From assembly GCA_001824135.1 (NCBI GenBank), contig MHWM01000032.1, positions 1-35,718 on the forward strand: 35,718 nucleotides of DNA, read 5' to 3'. Both the position numbers and the translations under genes were made by a program. The notes under the pieces were generated by a model, which had not been told where the DNA came from, ran no database searches, and saw only the letters and a program-made list of their open reading frames with translations. The DNA is from Candidatus Zambryskibacteria bacterium RIFCSPLOWO2_02_FULL_39_14. GTDB taxonomy: Bacteria; Patescibacteriota; Minisyncoccia; Phycocordibacterales; Zambryskibacteraceae. Positions 25,644 to 32,571 of this stretch are shown in pieces (position 1 is the first letter of the stretch; every line of letters starts with the position of its first letter).

Positions 25644-26249
25644 TTATCTGTTATAAAATTCAATTACTACTCCAAGATCAAATACATGCTCTTGCGGTAC
25701 ATATACCGGATGACCATTGACCACCACCTGTTTCTTGACAGGGTCAACTTTGAGCCAAGCTGGAATCATAACTGTCTTTAATCTTTCTGATACTTCACTA
25801 AAGAGAGAACTGTTGATCGAGCCAGCACGCAAACTGACAATATCACCCTCTGAAAGAAGAATTGAGGGTATGGTTACACGTTTGTTGTTTACCATGATGT
25901 GTCCATGACTTGCAGTTTGACGAGCTTGAGCACGAGTCTTGCTTAATCCAGAGCGAAAGAGAACATTATCTAGACGACTCTCAAGAATAGTAAATAGTTT
26001 TTGTATAGGCTCTTGTTCATGAAGAGATTTATCAACATAGTTTCTAAACTGCTTCTCAGTCAAGCCATAACTGAAACGAGCTTTCTGTTTTTCTATCAAC
26101 TCACGGCCGTATTCAGATTTTGGTTTACCGCGACCTTTACTATTTCTTTCCTTGCGAGCTAAAGAGAGTGCATATTTAGGGGTTTGAGTTTTCTCAAATA
26201 TTGGTGCTCCCAGACGTCTAGCTATTTTATATTTAGGTCCTATCTTCAT
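25644..26249 (-). CDS. rpsD: 30S ribosomal protein S4
   Basis: GPKYKIARRLG, YGLTEKQFRNY, and the S4 domain RLDNVLFRSGLSKTRAQARQTASHGHIMVN. Confidence 0.95.
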   Translation of the reverse strand: MKIGPKYKIARRLGAPIFEKTQTPKYALSLARKERNSKGRGKPKSEYGRELIEKQKARFSYGLTEKQFRNYVDKSLHEQEPIQKLFTILESRLDNVLFRSGLSKTRAQARQTASHGHIMVNNKRVTIPSILLSEGDIVSLRAGSINSSLFSEVSERLKTVMIPAWLKVDPVKKQVVVNGHPVYVPQEHVFDLGVVIEFYNR

Positions 26250-26265
26250 ATAGTTTTATGCAATA

Positions 26266-26712
26266 TTAATTTCTACGAGGTCGAGGTGGTTTAGGACCAT
26301 TATGAGGTACCGAAGTTTTGTCTTGGATAGTAGTTAGATTTATTCCTTTTGAGATAAACCCTCTTATGGCTGATTCTCGGCCAGAACCCACACCCTTTAC
26401 AACAACTTTGACTTCCTTAACTCCCAAAGTTTGAGCCTTAAGCGCCAATGTCTCACCAACCTTAGCGGCTGCAAATGGTGTACCCTTTTTAGCACCTTTA
26501 AAACCCAAAGCACCACTTGATGACCAAGCTAGAGTATTATATTTGTTATCTGTAAGAGTAACCTTAGTATTATTATATGTAGATTCAACATATAAGACGC
26601 CTGAGTCGATATGCTTTTTACTAAGCTTCTGTTCTTTTACTGCATCATCTGTAGCTACAGCCACATCAGTTTCTGAAGCTTTATCTGTTTTTACTATACG
26701 TTTCTTACCCAT
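26266..26712 (-). CDS. rpsK: 30S ribosomal protein S11
   Basis: GVLYVESTYNNTKVTLTD, GFKGAKKGTPFAA, and a C-terminal DKTSVPHNGPKPPRPRR. Confidence 0.95.
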   Translation of the reverse strand: MGKKRIVKTDKASETDVAVATDDAVKEQKLSKKHIDSGVLYVESTYNNTKVTLTDNKYNTLAWSSSGALGFKGAKKGTPFAAAKVGETLALKAQTLGVKEVKVVVKGVGSGRESAIRGFISKGINLTTIQDKTSVPHNGPKPPRPRRN

Positions 26713-26739
26713 AATTATTTATATTGAATCTTGATTTTA

Positions 26740-27117
26740 TTATTTCTTTTCCGCAATCTTTCTTCCTGTGCCCATAGTCTTTCTAGCACCTCGTTTTGTG
26801 CGAGCATTAGTCTTAGTACGTTGACCACGCACCGGAAGATTGCGCAAATGACGCATGCCACGATAGGTCTTAATATCTTTCAGGCGTTTAATATTTCCAG
26901 TGATTTCTCTCTTTAGATCGCCTTCAAGAGTCATACCCTCTATAACAGAACGAATTTTATTTTCCTGTTCTATACTTACATCTTTTGATTTAATCCCAAG
27001 TGGCACACCGGCTTTTTCAAGAATAGTCCTAGCGCGAGAGCGACCAATCCCAAAAAGGACCAGTAGGCCGATTTCTAAACGTTTTTCTTCTGGGATAGTT
27101 ATACCGAGTATTCTCAT
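26740..27117 (-). CDS. rpsM: 30S ribosomal protein S13
   Basis: [31 protein letters not shown] and GQRTKTNARTKRG. Confidence 0.95.
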   Translation of the reverse strand: MRILGITIPEEKRLEIGLLVLFGIGRSRARTILEKAGVPLGIKSKDVSIEQENKIRSVIEGMTLEGDLKREITGNIKRLKDIKTYRGMRHLRNLPVRGQRTKTNARTKRGARKTMGTGRKIAEKK

Positions 27118-27233
27118 TAGCCTTGTCTTTGTTTATGGCGAGGGTTAGCCTTGCAAACTACATAAACATAGCCCTTTCTACGGACTATTTGGCACTTAGC
27201 ACATATTTTCCTGACCGCTGCCTTAACTTTCAT
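27117..27233 (-). CDS. rpmJ: 50S ribosomal protein L36 (38 aa; absent from the supplied ORF track)
   Basis: Hand translation of the - strand gives [38 protein letters not shown], with the L36 CxxC...C...H zinc-ribbon pattern. Its TAA overlaps the rpsM ATG by 1 nt (TAATG). Confidence 0.93.
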   Translation of the reverse strand: MKVKAAVRKICAKCQIVRRKGYVYVVCKANPRHKQRQG

Positions 27234-27281
27234 AGCAAGTCTGCATTCTAGCTTAACTTTGTTTTCCTGTCTACCCCTAAT

Positions 27282-28082
27282 CTATATTTGGTTTGAAATT
27301 GTCATATCTTTATATACTACCACCGCTCTATTATCCATTATCTCCCAATCAGAGATAAATTTATTTTTCCCCATTCTTATCCTGCCATAAATTGGATCCA
27401 TGAGTATTATCTCTTTAGGATTAAGAGGGTCGCCCGTAAAACCTATCACCACCCTAGCGTGTTCTCCTGGACGAACTGACACCACTTTCCCATCTTTAGT
27501 CTGCCAAGACACAGGTGCTCTTCGGGATAAAAGTCCCCAAACGATAACAGGATTGCCTGACAAGACTTCATTTAAAACTTCTGTCAAATCAGCATCCTCA
27601 AGAATAGCTGCATTGTAGTACTCCAAAGCCAGATTAAGAATAGGCTTCTCATAAACACCAAACCCGGTGCGGTTAAAGATCGAACCATTAACACTTCCGA
27701 TAAATCCATCTTCTGGATCACCCCAAGTGCCATCTGAAGACATGGGTTCTCTAGTATCAAAAGCTAATTTATCCAAAAGCTCTGCTTCAGATACATTTGT
27801 ACCACGATAACTAAGTACCGTCCTTAGAGCAGCTACTTCGCAAGTCAAACCATTTTCTTGGCGAAAATATGGCATTGATAAAGAAAATGAGGCTTCTCCT
27901 TGAAATGAACCCACTAATGCCAAGTGATTTACTGTTGAGTAAAATAATGTATGTGCCAAATGTTCGAACCGTGATGTTTTGTGATAATTAGGATGTTTCT
28001 GTAAAGAAACAAATAGAAAAATTGCCAAAAAAACAATTCCTGTACTAGCAAGTAGTGTTTTGTCAGATATTTTCTTTATCAC
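27282..28082 (-). CDS. membrane-anchored papain-like cysteine peptidase, C39-like (YvpB/BtrH_N-like) domain
   Basis: N-terminal TM anchor (LLASTGIVFLAIFLFVSL), a candidate nucleophile in ENGLTCEVAALRTVLSYRG, and a candidate His in GEHARVVIGF. GTG start at 28082. Confidence 0.6.
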   Translation of the reverse strand: MIKKISDKTLLASTGIVFLAIFLFVSLQKHPNYHKTSRFEHLAHTLFYSTVNHLALVGSFQGEASFSLSMPYFRQENGLTCEVAALRTVLSYRGTNVSEAELLDKLAFDTREPMSSDGTWGDPEDGFIGSVNGSIFNRTGFGVYEKPILNLALEYYNAAILEDADLTEVLNEVLSGNPVIVWGLLSRRAPVSWQTKDGKVVSVRPGEHARVVIGFTGDPLNPKEIILMDPIYGRIRMGKNKFISDWEIMDNRAVVVYKDMTISNQI

Positions 28083-28099
28083 AAGTAGATAATTCTTAA

Positions 28100-28330
28100 T
28101 TAAAGTCGTTTGATAATCCTAGCTTTACCGCCATATGGTTCGAGTTCGAGAAGTACTTTATCGCCCACTAATACACGGATGCGATGAAGTCGCATCTTTC
28201 CAGAAAGATATGACAATATTTCTTCTGATCCACCAGATGGATCATCCAACTTTACGCGAAACATAATATTAGGCAGAGATTCAACTATTACTCCCGTCCT
28301 TTCTAAATCCGAAGATTTACTTTGTTGCAT
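28100..28330 (-). CDS. infA: translation initiation factor IF-1
   Basis: GVIVESLPNIMFRVKLDD...LSGKMRLHRIRVLVGDKVLLELEPY is an S1-like IF-1 fold sequence. Length 76 aa. Confidence 0.95.
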   Translation of the reverse strand: MQQSKSSDLERTGVIVESLPNIMFRVKLDDPSGGSEEILSYLSGKMRLHRIRVLVGDKVLLELEPYGGKARIIKRL

Positions 28331-28333
28331 ATA

Positions 28334-29671
28334 TTACTTAACTGGTAATTGTTTTATGGTAATTCGTGAACCATCCGAAGGGAAAGATTTTTTCCAAAAT
28401 GGTCTTATAGTGGCTGTGGCCGATATTACAGTTGGATAATTATTAAGTATAGAAGAGATATATTTCTTAGGTTTACCGACAATATCAGTCTTCAAAGACA
28501 CTTCATCAGTACGCCACACTACCATAGTATCACCCGTTACAGAGAGGTGAATCTCATCTGCATTTAGTATATCTAGAGAAGAATCATCGGAGAAAGAAAG
28601 TGTAAGTAATTCTGGCTCTAGAATATCAACAGATTCACCGGGAGCAAGAGTGATCTTGCCTAAAGAAAGATAAGTAGATAAATCACTTCTTTTAAACATA
28701 ACACCATACAAATTAGCGCGCCTATTAGCTACAACACGGCCTGGAGTAGCAGAGTCCGTTTGTGGTAAGTCTTCGAAAATAATAAAGGAAAGCGACGGGA
28801 AAAGAATCAAGTCTTTAGGTACTTGAGCTATAGCATCTGAAATAAGTTCAGCTCTTAAAGATGTCTCTAGTTCATTTTTGACTCTTAATCTGTCTTGTTC
28901 ACTCACTATTTTTTCTTTCCCGACAAAACCTCTAGACATCTCTGTTTTAGAGCGGGCATAAACTGCGGTAAATAAGGAAGTGCCTTCAAGACCCGGTAGA
29001 GTAAAGTCTGTGAGACCAATATTATATTCCTTTCCGGGATTTTCTGCATAAACAGTAACCTCCAAAGAACCTGGCTGTTCACTACCATTTACCACCTTTT
29101 TTGCAGGCACAACTATAGCATCTTCGACTTGGTAAATTTTACCTTCTGGAGTTTCAAAACGAGTAGTTGCTCTAAATCTTTGAGACTTAGTGCTACTGTT
29201 GTAGACCACTATTGTACCGCTTGCTTTACGACTCACTTCTTCTTCTCCAGAAGCCAAGACTTCCACTCCTTTGTCTTTGGAGAGTTTAGCTACACTATAT
29301 GAAAGAGTATCATTACCTGTCTTTTGTGCGATAAAAGACTCATTTTTCAAAGAAAGAGCAGAGGACTTAGGTACGTAAGAGAGTGTTGCCCCGTTAAAAA
29401 TAGAAAGCAATATAAATATAAGTACTAAAAGAGATACCCCAATACCCCACCAGAAACCTTTCCTGGTTTTTTTTATGCTTGGCGGTTTAACTTCTTCTTG
29501 TGATATGTGAATACTATCGCGTGGAACCGCAGAAGAATTATATTCTTTCATTATAAATGATGAAGGTGGCTGTTCTCCATTTTTCCTGCGATTTTCTGGA
29601 ATTGGTATATCTCTTATACTTCTTTTTCTCTCTGGTACTATAATATCTTCAATTTTTTTCGGCATGTACAA
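28334..29671 (-). CDS. hypothetical single-pass membrane protein with large extracytoplasmic domain (445 aa)
   Basis: Basic cytoplasmic N-terminus, one TM (FWWGIGVSLLVLIFILLSIF), and about 350 aa of beta-rich sequence. No motif recognised. Confidence 0.5.
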   Translation of the reverse strand: MYMPKKIEDIIVPERKRSIRDIPIPENRRKNGEQPPSSFIMKEYNSSAVPRDSIHISQEEVKPPSIKKTRKGFWWGIGVSLLVLIFILLSIFNGATLSYVPKSSALSLKNESFIAQKTGNDTLSYSVAKLSKDKGVEVLASGEEEVSRKASGTIVVYNSSTKSQRFRATTRFETPEGKIYQVEDAIVVPAKKVVNGSEQPGSLEVTVYAENPGKEYNIGLTDFTLPGLEGTSLFTAVYARSKTEMSRGFVGKEKIVSEQDRLRVKNELETSLRAELISDAIAQVPKDLILFPSLSFIIFEDLPQTDSATPGRVVANRRANLYGVMFKRSDLSTYLSLGKITLAPGESVDILEPELLTLSFSDDSSLDILNADEIHLSVTGDTMVVWRTDEVSLKTDIVGKPKKYISSILNNYPTVISATATIRPFWKKSFPSDGSRITIKQLPVK

Positions 29672-29680
29672 AATTATAAC

Positions 29681-30898
29681 CTATTTTTTAAATTTCTGCC
29701 CACTGCTTTTACGTGATAGTTCCTGATGCTCTTTTAATTGCTTATAAAACTTATCTTTATCCACTATCCCCCCTTTCTCTCTAGCAATCTCTTCAGTCAA
29801 TTCTATAGGGAAACCGTACGTAGTAAAGAGGATAAATGAATCCACCCCTTTCTCAAATTGCTTCAGACCTTCTCTCAAAGTCTTTCTGAATTTATTTTCT
29901 TCAGCAAGAATCTCTTTTTCTATTCTTTCGCTAGATTTTGCAAGTTCTGGATAAATATCTCTGTACTTTAAAATGACACTGCGAGCCACGTGAAAAAGCT
30001 CTCCGGGAGCAATACCTAAGATATCGGCATAGCGCACCGCACGGCGAATAAGACGTCTTAAAATATATCCTCTGCCAGTATTAGAAGCAATAACACCATC
30101 GGCTATCATGAATACTGATGTTCGTATGTGGTCAGAGACAATTCTCTCTGCCTTTTCTTCTGAAACTGAAGAAATATCTTTGATCCTTTTTATAATAGAT
30201 TCAAAAAGATCTGTCTCGAAAGCACTCGACACACCTTGAGTCACAAAGGTCAGACGTTCAAGACCCATACCAGTATCTACTCCTCTAATTTTAAGAGGTG
30301 TAAGTTCCTTATCTCGACTTTGGTAATATTCATTAAAAACGATATTCCAAATCTCAATTCCTCCTACATATATTTCTGTAGTCGGGCCACACGGACCTTC
30401 TTCCCCCGTCGGTCCCCAGAAATTATCTTCTCTGCCAAATTTTTTTATAATAATACTAGAGTCGATGGACTTCCAAATATCAGCAGATTCTTTGTCTTCT
30501 GGAATATTATCTGCGCCACCGAAGACAGAAATAAAATCTATCTTCAATCCAAAATCTTTAGTAATAAGTTCATGGGCATATTCGATGGCTTCTTTTTTCC
30601 AATAACCACCAAAACTGAAGTTGCCAAGCATTTCAAAAAAAGTGAGATGGCTCTTGTCTCCAACCTCTTCAATATCAGATGTACGCACACACTTTTGAGA
30701 AGAAGCTACATTAAGTGAGTTTAAATCTTTTTGAGCATCTGCCTTGCTTATGTAATACGATTTGAACTGTTGCATCCCTGCTGTAGTAAAGAGGACTGAC
30801 GGATCGTTCTTGGGTACAAGTGAAGCTGAAGGAATTATTACATGTGCCTGTTTTTTAAAAAAATCTAAGAATTGTTTACGAATTTCTCTGGATTGCAT
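29681..30898 (-). CDS. alaS: alanyl-tRNA synthetase, N-terminal aminoacylation/tRNA-recognition domain only (405 aa)
   Basis: IRKQFLDFFKKQAHVIIPSASLVPKNDPSVLFTTAGMQQFK, HLTFFEMLGNFSFG, GPCGPTTEIY, IEIWNIVFNEY, VDTGMGLERL, GRGYILRRLIRRA and TTYGFPIELT. It ends at ...EHQELSRKSSGQKFKK, which aligns (from memory) to about residue 455 of E. coli AlaRS. No editing or C-Ala domain follows. Confidence 0.88.
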   Translation of the reverse strand: MQSREIRKQFLDFFKKQAHVIIPSASLVPKNDPSVLFTTAGMQQFKSYYISKADAQKDLNSLNVASSQKCVRTSDIEEVGDKSHLTFFEMLGNFSFGGYWKKEAIEYAHELITKDFGLKIDFISVFGGADNIPEDKESADIWKSIDSSIIIKKFGREDNFWGPTGEEGPCGPTTEIYVGGIEIWNIVFNEYYQSRDKELTPLKIRGVDTGMGLERLTFVTQGVSSAFETDLFESIIKRIKDISSVSEEKAERIVSDHIRTSVFMIADGVIASNTGRGYILRRLIRRAVRYADILGIAPGELFHVARSVILKYRDIYPELAKSSERIEKEILAEENKFRKTLREGLKQFEKGVDSFILFTTYGFPIELTEEIAREKGGIVDKDKFYKQLKEHQELSRKSSGQKFKK

Positions 30899-30922
30899 TC
30901 AATGAATATAACATAAAAAGCG

Positions 30923-30944
30923 AGCCCGACATCAAAGTCGGGCT
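30923..30944 (-). terminator. candidate intrinsic terminator/attenuator hairpin directly upstream of alaS
   Basis: An 8-bp GC-rich stem, AGCCCGAC (30923-30930) / GTCGGGCT (30937-30944), with a 6-nt loop. On the - strand it is followed by CGCTTTTTATG. It ends 24 nt before the alaS ATG. Confidence 0.5.
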
Positions 30945-31060
30945 GTGAGATCTTTCCAATGTTCAGAAAACCACCTGAGAACAAGGGCAATTCTGTACAG
31001 AATCATCGATCGGGACATGAGTATCCACGGTCGATCTGTGACATCGTTGATCAATTTCAT
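30932..31060 (-). CDS. candidate small ORF / leader peptide (42 aa)
   Basis: Hand translation gives MKLINDVTDRPWILMSRSMILYRIALVLRWFSEHWKDLTARL*. It is preceded by GGAGGG 3 nt from the ATG. The stop codon lies in the loop of the terminator hairpin. There is no homology evidence. Confidence 0.3.
   Translation of the reverse strand: MKLINDVTDRPWILMSRSMILYRIALVLRWFSEHWKDLTARL
30990..31003. repeat. perfect 14-bp palindrome ATTCTGTACAGAAT inside the alaS leader
   Basis: Read directly from the sequence. It could be a protein operator or a small RNA hairpin. Confidence 0.4.
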
Positions 31061-31076
31061 AATCCCTCCGGAATCA

Positions 31077-31104
31077 TTTATACCATAAATATTAATTTTG
31101 GCAA
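31077..31104 (-). promoter_or_regulatory. candidate sigma70-type promoter for the alaS leader
   Basis: The - strand reads TTGCCA (31099-31104), a 16-nt spacer, then TGgTATAAA (-10 at 31077-31082 with an extended TG). The predicted start is about 10 nt upstream of the small-ORF ATG. Confidence 0.45.
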
Positions 31105-31117
31105 ATAAGACACCATT

Positions 31118-31702
31118 TTAAAGATTTTTAAGTACTTTAAAATCCTCTTTTAGAGTGTCGAGTAAATGCTGATTATAAATAGCGGCAGCGGGATGGTAGA
31201 GAGGCGCTACTTTAAACTTGTCGGTAGTAAACACTTTTCCATGAAGTTTACTTATGGAATCCAATTCAAACTCTAATCCGTAGCGACTCATCACGTATTG
31301 CATAGAAAATCGCCCAAGAGTGGCGATCACTTTCGGCTTAATGATTTCAATTTGTCGATCAAGAAACGGCGCATATATTTCTATCTCATCAGGAAGAGGG
31401 TCACGATTACCGGGCGGGCGGTCCTTTACGATATTTGTCACATAAACATCTTTTCTCTCTATACCTGCGGAGACAAGAAGTTCATCGAGCACTTTTCCCG
31501 CCCGCCCGCAAAACGGCCTACCCGTCTTGGCTTCATTCTCCCCCGGCGCCTCACCTATAAACATTATCCAAGCAGAATGATTGCCCTCTCCTATTACAGG
31601 GAAGTATTTATTTTTAATTCGTTCTTTATATAAAGGCGAGCTCACAAGACCCAGTATCTCATCTTTTATCGCTTTTAGTGCCCTCTCTTTTTCGTTTATC
31701 AT
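31118..31702 (-). CDS. uracil-DNA glycosylase, family 4
   Basis: The family-4 motif FIGEAPGENEAKTGRPFCGRAGKVLDELL and a C-terminal HPAAAIY. The start ATG directly abuts the upstream stop (TAGATG). Confidence 0.85.
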   Translation of the reverse strand: MINEKERALKAIKDEILGLVSSPLYKERIKNKYFPVIGEGNHSAWIMFIGEAPGENEAKTGRPFCGRAGKVLDELLVSAGIERKDVYVTNIVKDRPPGNRDPLPDEIEIYAPFLDRQIEIIKPKVIATLGRFSMQYVMSRYGLEFELDSISKLHGKVFTTDKFKVAPLYHPAAAIYNQHLLDTLKEDFKVLKNL

Positions 31703-32557
31703 CTATGAAGCTTTTGACAACAACTCATTTATTTCATTTATCACCGGCCTAGAATCAAATGTGGTTCCTAAAAACTTACTTAAAAATTCCGGATTATCTT
31801 TAATATTCGAGCACAATACCACTCCAGCACCTAATAATATTTTTTTATTTGCTTTCGAAAGAGAATTGAGACAAGTAATAGGATGTAGAGATTCACTTTC
31901 TATCATATCTTGCAAATTACCTTCTTCTGGATAATTCCAACCTATCATTGTCAGGTTCTTACAAACACCATAGTGTATGGCGGTACTGGAAAATTTGGTA
32001 TTAGTTACAAGCCAACTGTCGGTGATAGACCGGTCGACCCCGCCATAGTTGAAAACATTTTCTTGAAGGTCATCAAATCTCGCTTTTATATAAAGAGCTA
32101 TTTTCAAATCAGATTTAATACCAAGTTCATTATGAAATTTAGCTTCTACCATAATAAGTTTCTTGTCATTGTATGCCACCACATCTACTTCATGTGGTAC
32201 ACATCCGCCAAGTACTACTTGACGAGTCTCGCATCTAAATCCTTTAGCTTTGAGTACTTCAGCTACAAAATCTTCAAAGGGAAATCCTGATGGACCAAGA
32301 TCTGTAATAGCACGGCGAAGAGAATAGCTTCTGGCTACAGGCTTACTAGCCTTCTTCAGGACAGAAAAGGCGTGTTTATATATCTCAGATGTAGTCATAT
32401 CACCTCCAAGTTCCAGTGATATATGTGACAAAACATCTTCTGCCATTTTTTCTGTTGCACCGGATTTCAAAAGAGAGAAACGAAGTTTTTCTGGTTCAAA
32501 AGCTTCACGTTTGCCATTTGCCTTAATAATCATTATTTGTTTTACCGGTTGTATCAT
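31703..32557 (-). CDS. ATP-cone domain fused to a PD-(D/E)xK (Mrr-cat-like) restriction-endonuclease-fold domain
   Basis: The N-terminal IIKANGKREAFEPEKLRFSLLKSGA...MAEDVLSHI...TSEIY is an ATP-cone pattern. It is followed by FEDFVAEVLKAKGF...PHEVDVVAY...LIMVEAKF (D...ExK) and VTNTKFSSTAIHYG. Confidence 0.7.
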   Translation of the reverse strand: MIQPVKQIMIIKANGKREAFEPEKLRFSLLKSGATEKMAEDVLSHISLELGGDMTTSEIYKHAFSVLKKASKPVARSYSLRRAITDLGPSGFPFEDFVAEVLKAKGFRCETRQVVLGGCVPHEVDVVAYNDKKLIMVEAKFHNELGIKSDLKIALYIKARFDDLQENVFNYGGVDRSITDSWLVTNTKFSSTAIHYGVCKNLTMIGWNYPEEGNLQDMIESESLHPITCLNSLSKANKKILLGAGVVLCSNIKDNPEFLSKFLGTTFDSRPVINEINELLSKAS

Positions 32558-32571
32558 CTTGTCATTATAAC

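Noticed and set aside
30236-30718. 160-aa + strand ORF, plus similar + strand ORFs (e.g. 33317-33772, 9367-9723, 20431-20817, 31581-31934)
   Set aside because: All lie antisense inside well-supported - strand genes (alaS, mnmA, dac, dnaJ, UDG/ATP-cone nuclease). They have no recognisable motifs or plausible start contexts, so I treat them as shadow ORFs.
30899-31117. T-box riboswitch upstream of alaS
   Set aside because: The aaRS context, the terminator just before the gene and a GGUGG-containing loop made this attractive. However, I could not find the T-box consensus (AANNNGGGUGGUACCGCG), a convincing antiterminator alternative or a GCU specifier loop, and the leader of about 160 nt is short. 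It is kept as a generic attenuator candidate, not called a T-box.
31380-31560. Locally GC-rich runs (ccgggcgggcgg, cccgcccgcccgc) inside the UDG gene
   Set aside because: They encode the conserved family-4 UDG motifs (PPGNR..., GRPFCGRAGK) on the - strand. This is a coding constraint, not a repeat or regulatory element.
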